This document shows, piece after piece, positions 50,802-58,678 of a DNA stretch of 64,000 nt; position 1 is the first letter of the stretch; each line of letters starts with the position of its first letter. Under the pieces are notes generated by a model, which saw nothing but the letters and a program-made list of their open reading frames with translations, searched no databases and was not told where the DNA came from. Source of the DNA: Oceanispirochaeta sp. (GTDB lineage Bacteria > Spirochaetota > Spirochaetia > DSM-2461); contig CAXXXD010000002.1 in NCBI GenBank assembly GCA_963663385.2, positions 1,664,001-1,728,000 of the forward strand, in the 5' to 3' direction. Made by a program: the position numbers and the translations under genes.

Positions 50802-51510
50802 GTTCTGGGAGCTCCTCTCCCTGACCGAAGACTATATAAAATATGGTAAGAAATCCGGGGAGTATACAATCCCTGATTTTACAGAGGCAGCAGACTCCCT
50901 GCAGACAAATGCCCCCGAGGTGGAATCTCCCGGTCTGGAAATCAGACCGAACAGGGAGCATCCTCTCATCCGGCTCCCATCGGATAATGCCTGCCGCAAC
51001 TGCGGAATGGCCAAGATGGGTAAAAAGCCCCTTGGCGCGGTCGGTTGTGAAACCCCCAGGCTGCTGATACTTTGCGGTCCCCCTTCCGTGGGAGCGGAAC
51101 AGAATCAGATCCCTCTTGCCGCGGAAGAGATGGATTATGTTCTGAAATGGATCAGCGCTATCGATCTGTCTCTTGAACGGGATGTTATGCTGCTGAACTT
51201 TCCCCGCTGCCGTCCCCCCGGAAACAGACCTCCTTTTCCGGAGGAGATGAACGGCTGCGCCAGTGTTGTAAGAACGTTCATCGGAAAGCATAAACCCTCT
51301 GTTATTCTGACGCTGGGGCCGGTCCCATCAGCCTATTTTACGGGAAACCCCGGTCTGAAAGTGAGCGAAATCCGGGAAGGCGTTGCCCAGTGGGAGGGAG
51401 TGCCTGTCCTTTCAACCTACAGCCCGGATCAGGTCCTGACCTACCATGAGCTGAAAAGACCTGTCTGGGAAGATCTCAAGCGGGTGCGGAACTTTATCAA
51501 TGGGGCCTGA
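50776..51510 (+). CDS. Uracil-DNA glycosylase family 4-like protein (divergent active site)
   Basis: CRNC, RCRPPGNRPP..EE..GC, KRPVWEDL. Confidence 0.75.
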   Translation: MNQKQQYTEFWELLSLTEDYIKYGKKSGEYTIPDFTEAADSLQTNAPEVESPGLEIRPNREHPLIRLPSDNACRNCGMAKMGKKPLGAVGCETPRLLILCGPPSVGAEQNQIPLAAEEMDYVLKWISAIDLSLERDVMLLNFPRCRPPGNRPPFPEEMNGCASVVRTFIGKHKPSVILTLGPVPSAYFTGNPGLKVSEIREGVAQWEGVPVLSTYSPDQVLTYHELKRPVWEDLKRVRNFINGA

Positions 51511-53476
51511 GTCCGTCTATATAAATGTTGTTTTCAATCTTCCTCTGGATTCTGTTTTTACCTACTGCCTGCCCGAAAAGGGGGCGTACGGGGGACTGGA
51601 TCTGACAGGACGCCGTGTCAGCGCCCCCTTTGGCCGCCGAGAACTGACCGGGTGGATTATCGGGCATTCCAGCTCTCTCCCTGAAGGGGTTAAGGAGGGC
51701 AAGCCGGTTACGCGGATTGTGGATGACGAACCCCTTTTCGGAGAAGCCGGGCTTAAACTGGCCGGATGGATAAGGGATTTTTATCTCTGTACCCTGGGAG
51801 AAGCTCTGGGTGTTATGCTCCCGGGAGGAAGGAAGGAAAAAGACCTGCCTCCTCTGGGGATCAATACGGATGAGGATATCCGGGAAGACAGTAAAATCGT
51901 TTTGAGCAGTGAGCAGGAAAAGGCTCTGAAGGAAATCCTTGAGAGGAAAGATGACTTTTACTACCTTCATGGCATAACCGGATCGGGGAAGACGGAAGTT
52001 TTTCTCCATGTTGCGGAAGATGTTCTGAAAAAGGGTTCCACGGTCCTTTATCTGGTGCCGGAAATATCACTGACTCACCAGCTTGTCGACTCTCTGACCA
52101 GCCGCTTCAGCACTCCCATTGCGGTTCTTCATTCTCACCTGACGCCCTCCCAGCGGCTGAAGGAGTGGCGGAGGATTCAGAGCGGAGAAGCCCGTCTGGT
52201 TATCGGGGCCCGGAGCGCCGTATTTGCCCCTCTGGATAATCTGGGGCTGATTATTCTGGATGAGGAGCACGAGAACTCCTACAAGTCAGGATCGACCCCC
52301 CGTTATCACGGCAGACAGATTGCCATGAAACGCTGTAAGCAGGAGAATGCCATTCTTCTTATGGGGAGCGCTACACCCTCTGTCGAAGCCTGGCATCTGA
52401 TGGATAAGGGTGTTGTCCGGGAGTTGAAACTGACCACCCGCCCTGCGGGAGGATCCCTTCCCGCCATCCGTATTGTGAATATGAAGAGCTCGAAGAGCCT
52501 GCTCTCCCATGAACTGATTCTCTCTATGGAACGGGTATTGAAAGAGAAAAAACAGGTTATCCTTTTTCTGAATAGAAGAGGCCACTCCTATTTCTTTCAC
52601 TGTAAAAGCTGCGGGTTCGAAATGCAGTGCCGTCAGTGCAGTATCCCCTTAACGTACCATAAGAACCGGAACAGGATGATCTGCCATTACTGCGGGTATC
52701 AGGAACCGCCTCTCACACTCTGTCCTTCCTGCGGATCCATGGATGTGGGGTATGCCGGTTTCGGTACGGAGCATGTAGAGGAGGAGGTGTCCCGTTTTTT
52801 CCCGGATGCCCGGATTGCCAGGCTGGATACGGACGCTGTAAAAAAGAAAGGGGTGCTCCAGGATACCATCAGCAGTTTCCGGAACAGGGAGATAGATATC
52901 CTCCTGGGGACCCAGATGGTTGCCAAGGGGCTTAACTTCCCCGGTGTCAGCCTTGTTGGTATAGTGCTGGCCGATACGGGGCTCTCTCTGCCGGATTTCC
53001 GGGCGGGTGAGCGGACTTTTTCCCTGATTGTGCAGGTTGCCGGCAGGGCCGGGCGTTACAGTGATGACGGAGAAGTGCTGATACAGACCTTCCAGCCTGA
53101 AAATCCGGCTATAGCACTGGCTGCATCGGGAGAGTGGGAGAATTTCTATCATTATGAAAGGGAAGCACGGGACGCGCTGGGATTTCCCCCCTTCTCCCGG
53201 CTGATCCGTATTGTACACAGGGGAAAGCAGATGAAAAAACCTCTGGAGAGCCTGGAAATGCTGACAGACCGCTTCAGACAGGCGGGGATTAAAGATGTCA
53301 TGGGACCCGCAGAGTGTCCCCTGGGGGTTATAGCCGGGAATTTCCGGTTTCATACCCTGATCAGGAGCCGGAATTTCTCGGTTGAGCACAATCTGATTCA
53401 GCGTGTTCTTCTGGATACTCCCGTATCGTCGGGGGTGTACAGGGAAATAGATGTGGATCCGGTTCAGCTCCTCTGA
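51500..53476 (+). CDS. priA: Primosomal protein N' (PriA helicase)
   Basis: GITGSGKTE, DEEH, SATPS, zinc knuckles, GTQMVAKG, QVAGRAGR. Confidence 0.97.
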   Translation: MGPESVYINVVFNLPLDSVFTYCLPEKGAYGGLDLTGRRVSAPFGRRELTGWIIGHSSSLPEGVKEGKPVTRIVDDEPLFGEAGLKLAGWIRDFYLCTLGEALGVMLPGGRKEKDLPPLGINTDEDIREDSKIVLSSEQEKALKEILERKDDFYYLHGITGSGKTEVFLHVAEDVLKKGSTVLYLVPEISLTHQLVDSLTSRFSTPIAVLHSHLTPSQRLKEWRRIQSGEARLVIGARSAVFAPLDNLGLIILDEEHENSYKSGSTPRYHGRQIAMKRCKQENAILLMGSATPSVEAWHLMDKGVVRELKLTTRPAGGSLPAIRIVNMKSSKSLLSHELILSMERVLKEKKQVILFLNRRGHSYFFHCKSCGFEMQCRQCSIPLTYHKNRNRMICHYCGYQEPPLTLCPSCGSMDVGYAGFGTEHVEEEVSRFFPDARIARLDTDAVKKKGVLQDTISSFRNREIDILLGTQMVAKGLNFPGVSLVGIVLADTGLSLPDFRAGERTFSLIVQVAGRAGRYSDDGEVLIQTFQPENPAIALAASGEWENFYHYEREARDALGFPPFSRLIRIVHRGKQMKKPLESLEMLTDRFRQAGIKDVMGPAECPLGVIAGNFRFHTLIRSRNFSVEHNLIQRVLLDTPVSSGVYREIDVDPVQLL

Positions 53477-53533
53477 GCTCAATTGACTCCAATAGCCTAT
53501 GTTTAGTAATATTTCAGTGAGAGGAACTATATA

Positions 53534-54031
53534 ATGGATATATATACAATTGATATAGAAGATCAGCTTGATGTGCTTCGGAAAAAATCCGAAGCTGTCA
53601 AGGAAATTGATCAGAATCTGATAGAGTACATGGACCGTATGGTCGAAGCGATAAGGGGAATCGGAATCGGTCTGGCCGCTCCTCAGGTCGGGCGTAACGA
53701 ACGTTTCTTTGTTATTCAGATAGATAAGGAGCAACCCCTCTATTTTATAAACCCCGAAATTATCGGGACCAGCGAAGAGCTCTCCTCCTACGAGGAAGGT
53801 TGTCTCAGTATTCCCGGGATGTACGGAGATGTAAAGCGCCCCGCTGCCGTTCAGGTACAGGCCTGGAACAGAAGAGGCCGTCCTTTTACCATTGAAGCGG
53901 ACGGTCTGATGGCAACCTGCATCCAGCATGAGTATGATCACCTGAACGGAGTGATGTTTATGGACCATCTTTCGGACCGGAAAAGGGAAAAGCTGGTTAA
54001 AAAGTATATGAAATCCCTGGAGAAAAAATGA
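53534..54031 (+). CDS. def: Peptide deformylase
   Basis: GIGLAAPQ, EGCLS, HEYDH. Confidence 0.97.
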   Translation: MDIYTIDIEDQLDVLRKKSEAVKEIDQNLIEYMDRMVEAIRGIGIGLAAPQVGRNERFFVIQIDKEQPLYFINPEIIGTSEELSSYEEGCLSIPGMYGDVKRPAAVQVQAWNRRGRPFTIEADGLMATCIQHEYDHLNGVMFMDHLSDRKREKLVKKYMKSLEKK

Positions 54032-54972
54032 GAATACTCTTTGCCGGGACCCCCGATATAGGAGTCCCCTCGCTGAAAGCCCTGGCCGGGCAGCATGAGA
54101 TTGTGGGAGTCCTGACCAATCCTGACCGGACCAAAGGACGGGGAAGAAAGGTTATGGCCTCCCATGTAAAGGAAGCCGCGCTGGAACTGGGGCTTCCGGT
54201 TCTTCAGCCGCATAAGCTTGATGAGGAATTCCGGGACGAGGTAAAACGGCTTAAACCGGAACTGCTGGTCTGTATAGCCTACGGGAAAATCTTCCGTCAG
54301 GCTTTTCTGGATCTGTTCCCACTGGGCGGGATAAACCTTCATCCCTCAAAACTGCCTGATTTCAGGGGGCCTTCACCCCTGAATGCCACTATTCTCAGAG
54401 GAGACCGGGAAACGGCCATAACCATACAGAAGCTGGCGCTGGAGATGGACAGCGGCGATATCCTGCTTCAGGAACCTCTTCCGGTAGATCCCCGGGAGAC
54501 AACTGCTTCCCTGACCGATCGGGTTGCCGAAACAGGAGCAGGCTATCTGCTTACAGTCGTTAACGGTCTGGCAGAGGGGAATCTGGCAGCTGTTCCTCAG
54601 GATCACGAAAAAGCAACATTCTGTTCTCTTATCGGGAAGGACGACGGTCAGCTCAGCTGGTCGGAAAGTGCGGTCCGGCTGGACCGGGTTATCAGGGCGT
54701 ATACCCCCTGGCCCCATGGTTTTACAGCCTGGAAGGGACAGCGCCTCAATATCCTGGAAGCCCATCCCCTGGCAGGGGACTCTTCCTGTGCCGAACCCGG
54801 AACAGTCACAGGTATGGACAAGAAAGAGGGAATTCTGATACAAACGGGAGAGGGTCTGCTTGCGGTAACCCGCTTACAACTTCAGTCAAAAAAACCGCTG
54901 GACTTCAAATCCTTTCTAAATGGTTCGAAAGATTTTATCGGTTCAGTTCTGGGAGAAATACATGAGTCCTAA
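54028..54972 (+). CDS. fmt: Methionyl-tRNA formyltransferase
   Basis: FAGTPD, NLHPSKLP..RGPSP, MDSGDI. Confidence 0.97.
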   Translation: MRILFAGTPDIGVPSLKALAGQHEIVGVLTNPDRTKGRGRKVMASHVKEAALELGLPVLQPHKLDEEFRDEVKRLKPELLVCIAYGKIFRQAFLDLFPLGGINLHPSKLPDFRGPSPLNATILRGDRETAITIQKLALEMDSGDILLQEPLPVDPRETTASLTDRVAETGAGYLLTVVNGLAEGNLAAVPQDHEKATFCSLIGKDDGQLSWSESAVRLDRVIRAYTPWPHGFTAWKGQRLNILEAHPLAGDSSCAEPGTVTGMDKKEGILIQTGEGLLAVTRLQLQSKKPLDFKSFLNGSKDFIGSVLGEIHES

Positions 54973-56020
54973 ATGGAACCTGTCCTTTGGAAAAATCACC
55001 CCTGCAAAGGACTCCCTACAGGGGAAAGACGCCGGTAAATCTCCGGACGAGAAAGAGTTCTTCAGAAAAGCCATACTGATGATTCTGGGTTTGCTTATTC
55101 TTCTGTTCCTCTCTTTTCTGCTCTCTTTTTTCGTAGCAGTACGGGGCGCGGAGAAAACCCTTGTTCCGGATATTACGGGGGATCTGTTAATTGACGGTCT
55201 GATTGACCTGCAGGAAAAAGAACTCTATCCCCGGATACAGGTCCGTTTCACCGAGGACCCCCTTGAAAAGGATCATATCATTGCTCAGGACCCCCAGGCC
55301 GGAAGTGTGGTCAAGGCCGGGCGGCGTGTAAAACTTACAGTCAGTAAAGGCGCCGTAGTTGATACGGTGGGGGAATACATAGGAAAAGATCTGCGTGAAG
55401 TTAAAACACAGCTTCAGACCCTTTTTGCGTCCTATAAACCTCTTCTGATTATCAGAGAACCTGTAAGCTACGTTTTTGATGAAGCTCCGGCGGGCACTAT
55501 TCTGGAACAGAAACCGGAAGGAGGGACGCAAATCACAGGTCTTACCGAAATTGAGATGGTAGTCAGCCGCGGCCCGATCGGGGAATCCTATAAACTGGAT
55601 GATTACAGCGGTTTGAAGTGGCAGGACGCGTTAACCCGTCTTGTACGGTCCAGTCAGCCCTTTCAGTTTCAGCTCGCTGAAGAAGAGGCGGAATCCAAAA
55701 TTCCCGTGTCTACTGTTATAGGGCAGGAACCGGCGGCGGGTGAAGTTATCCTGTCGGGAACACCTATTATCCTGACAATCAATAAACCGGCCAAACTGGA
55801 CAGGGATGAGCGCTTCGGCATTTTTACAATAGATCTTCCCGATTACCCCATTTCTGTTGATCTGACTGTGGAAAAGATCGTTACAGGTGGAAAAACCAGG
55901 ACGATACTGGAAATGAAACACCCCGGCGGTACTTTCAGCTTCCCCTACAGGGACATTGCGGGCAGTACCTATATCCTTAAGATCTACGATGAAGAGATTA
56001 AGCAGATAAATATCCAGTAG
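54962..56020 (+). CDS. PASTA-domain membrane protein
   Basis: TM helix followed by three PASTA-like repeats (IIAQDPQAG, ILEQKPEGG, VIGQEPAAG); ATG 54962 follows a GGAG SD. Confidence 0.85.
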   Translation: MSPKWNLSFGKITPAKDSLQGKDAGKSPDEKEFFRKAILMILGLLILLFLSFLLSFFVAVRGAEKTLVPDITGDLLIDGLIDLQEKELYPRIQVRFTEDPLEKDHIIAQDPQAGSVVKAGRRVKLTVSKGAVVDTVGEYIGKDLREVKTQLQTLFASYKPLLIIREPVSYVFDEAPAGTILEQKPEGGTQITGLTEIEMVVSRGPIGESYKLDDYSGLKWQDALTRLVRSSQPFQFQLAEEEAESKIPVSTVIGQEPAAGEVILSGTPIILTINKPAKLDRDERFGIFTIDLPDYPISVDLTVEKIVTGGKTRTILEMKHPGGTFSFPYRDIAGSTYILKIYDEEIKQINIQ

Positions 56021-56038
56021 GGATCTTATTCACTGTAT

Positions 56039-56066
56039 AAAAAAGCCCCCGAGTCGAGGGGCTTAT
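56039..56066. terminator. Probable terminator between convergent genes
   Basis: A-run followed by AAGCCCC...GGGGCTT hairpin. Confidence 0.5.
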
Positions 56067-56117
56067 CTTAAGCGGAGATCCCATCTCCCAAGAGGAAGGC
56101 GGGTGAATCGGGTTAAA

Positions 56118-56981
56118 TCAGATCCCGGCCGCTGTCAGCGCATCTCTTTTATTATGAAAGAAGCGGAGCATATACTCCTGAATCCCCTCAAAAAACTCCG
56201 CTTCCATCTCTGTTCCGGCCGGAGTCAGATAGCGGTAGTGCCAGCACTCCCACATATATCCTGTAAGCTCCTCTTTTCCAAAGGGGTAGCTTAGGGAAAA
56301 CCCGTATTCTCCGGCGTGTTTTTTCAGCCATATCCCCTCGGGTGTCGCAGCAAAGGATTCATCAATGGAGCCGAAATCCATCGCCAGTCCAAGCTGATGC
56401 TGTGATGTTCCGGGGCGGGCTGAATAGCGGTCGGCGGCTTCCTGTCCATCTGTTGCCGCGTACCTTTCATATAAACCTTTCTGATAGTCGTAAGAACGGT
56501 AGGCTGATGAGATCATCAGGTTTAAACCTTCCTGGCCGGCCGCTTCGTTCATGGCAAGCAGGGCAGGCATCAGGTACTTCCTGAGTTTGTGCCCCGGTCG
56601 TGACAGGGACAGGATTTGTTTGTAATCGTCCAGTTCTACAAGGTCTTCCGGTTCAAAATCTGCACCCAGACCTGTTTCCTTGTTAACAAGAATCAGGACC
56701 TCTTCCGGAAGATCAAGCAGCTTCCCGGCCAGTTCCAGAAAGTATTCAGGACGTCCCAGAATATTCTGCTGTATGGAAGAGGGAAGATCTGCAATTATTT
56801 TTTTCAGTTCTGATTCTGTACAGCTGAAAGAAGGATGGACAGGGAGAGGCTGTATTTCCGGGGTATCCGCTATCGGGGTAATCTCTTCAGCTTTCCGGCA
56901 GCCTGGAAACAGAATCAGGACTGATGCCAATAGGAGGGCTGTTACATGGTGTTTCATTTTAATTGGAACTGTTTTTTTCAT
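56118..56981 (-). CDS. D-Ala-D-Ala carboxypeptidase (M15B/VanY family) lipoprotein
   Basis: SAYRSY..Q, SARPGTSQHQLGLAMD, WECWHYRY; FPGC lipobox. Confidence 0.92.
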   Translation of the reverse strand: MKKTVPIKMKHHVTALLLASVLILFPGCRKAEEITPIADTPEIQPLPVHPSFSCTESELKKIIADLPSSIQQNILGRPEYFLELAGKLLDLPEEVLILVNKETGLGADFEPEDLVELDDYKQILSLSRPGHKLRKYLMPALLAMNEAAGQEGLNLMISSAYRSYDYQKGLYERYAATDGQEAADRYSARPGTSQHQLGLAMDFGSIDESFAATPEGIWLKKHAGEYGFSLSYPFGKEELTGYMWECWHYRYLTPAGTEMEAEFFEGIQEYMLRFFHNKRDALTAAGI

Positions 56982-57097
56982 GAGGAGAGTATACTGCTCT
57001 CCTGAGAAAATGAAAACAGCTACTGTACTGTAGGTCCTTTTAAAGTTCTCCAGGTAAAATTCTGACTTTTTTTTTTCTATCAGGTATAATAATAAGA

Positions 57098-58606
57098 GTG
57101 GATAATTTTTTGAAACATTTACAGGCCGCCCGGGGAAAGATGTCTGCCGGGCAGTATCAGGAAGCGTTCGATCTTATCGTTGATCAGGAGGTTCAGAGCC
57201 TTTCAGCGCTATTGAAAAAGATTGAATGCATGGTTGATATTGGTTTTATCATCCGGGATGAAAGGATTCTCCGCTACGGACTGTACCTGCTGGAAAAACA
57301 CGGCAGTGAAGTGCTGGAAGTGGAAGATCTGGCACCTGTATACTTTCTGAATCTTGCCAATCAGTATATCAATATGGTAACCCTCTCGTCTTATAATAAT
57401 GAGTATTTCGGTTATTATGAGGGAACAGAACTCATAAGGGCCAGGGAGTTCTACGAAAAAGCCCTTTCCTACGGAAATATTACCGGGGAAATAGCCGTTT
57501 CTGTTCATCTTGGACTGGCCCGTGCTCTCTCCATAGGAGGCCGCGGGGCGGAAGCCCTTGAACATTATCAGGCCGCCGTCAAACTGAATCCCGATCTCAG
57601 GGAAGCTCTCCTTGAAAAAGCTCAGCTGATGATTGAATACGCCGGTATCAACAGTGAAAACTCCAGGATCATTATGAAAGAAGCCTGGCACCTCTCGTTT
57701 TTAACAGAAGAGATGGCTGTAAGGGATGCAATAGATGATCAGCAGGAGCTGGAAATCAGGGGGAAAATCCGGGAACTCGTTCCGGACAGGAGCTTTCTTG
57801 AATCCGAAGAAGAGTATCCTCAGCACAGTATTGTGACGAATTCAGAAGAAGAGCATCGGTTCACCATGTTTACCCTTCGCCATAACCTGTATCTGAATCT
57901 GTGCGGTTTCTGCCGGAAATGCGACTGCGCCGTAGGGGATCAGCTTCGCCTCCGCAGCAGCAGCCTGACAATCCGGACAAACCAGAAGAAACGTTTTACT
58001 TCTCTGGCAGTCTGCTACAGCCGTCTGAATGAGCTGTACAGGGTCGGACGCTATTTCCTGACCCGGGAGGAAGCCGGAGGAAAGCCTGAAGACTACACCG
58101 ATCCGGGTGATCCCAAAACAGGCCTGACCGGATTTGAATCGGGTAGTATAGAGTATTATTTCCTGCGCGAAGCCTATCTTCACGGTTGGGATCTCTGGGA
58201 TTCTGTCAAGGATTATCTTGCTACTTACTGGGATAAAGAAGTACGGCCCGAGGAAACTCTGTACCAGATGCTTCACAGTAATGGAAAAATACGGGATGAG
58301 TGGAAGAAAAAATCACCCTCTTTTCATGCTGTCTATGACCTTTTCATGGACTGTTTTCAAGGGCGCCGGAAATATCTGAAAGATACATATCTGATATTGA
58401 AAAGACCTCTGAAAGGCGGCCATTCCATCTCCTTCAATGCGGAAGATCTGAAGAAAAGAGGCATTGAGCTCTATAAAATTCAACGATCCGTTATTCTCTA
58501 TCTCGGCATTATGCATGAGAGGAATGAGTTTCAGAATCAGAACTGGATTTTCCCCCGTCCTTTATACAATTTTTTTATGTCGGGAAAGGAATTGAAAGAT
58601 AAATAA
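57098..58606 (+). CDS. TPR-containing protein, possibly with a degenerate LA2681-like HEPN C-terminus
   Basis: TPR-like ALEHYQAAVKLNPD; HNLYLN...GRYFL...AY..WD pattern. Confidence 0.5.
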   Translation: MDNFLKHLQAARGKMSAGQYQEAFDLIVDQEVQSLSALLKKIECMVDIGFIIRDERILRYGLYLLEKHGSEVLEVEDLAPVYFLNLANQYINMVTLSSYNNEYFGYYEGTELIRAREFYEKALSYGNITGEIAVSVHLGLARALSIGGRGAEALEHYQAAVKLNPDLREALLEKAQLMIEYAGINSENSRIIMKEAWHLSFLTEEMAVRDAIDDQQELEIRGKIRELVPDRSFLESEEEYPQHSIVTNSEEEHRFTMFTLRHNLYLNLCGFCRKCDCAVGDQLRLRSSSLTIRTNQKKRFTSLAVCYSRLNELYRVGRYFLTREEAGGKPEDYTDPGDPKTGLTGFESGSIEYYFLREAYLHGWDLWDSVKDYLATYWDKEVRPEETLYQMLHSNGKIRDEWKKKSPSFHAVYDLFMDCFQGRRKYLKDTYLILKRPLKGGHSISFNAEDLKKRGIELYKIQRSVILYLGIMHERNEFQNQNWIFPRPLYNFFMSGKELKDK

Positions 58607-58678
58607 AAAAAAAGCTTGTATACTATATTATAGTGTTGTTACATATTAGTTGATAGGATTTTTTGAAGGGGGAACTCC

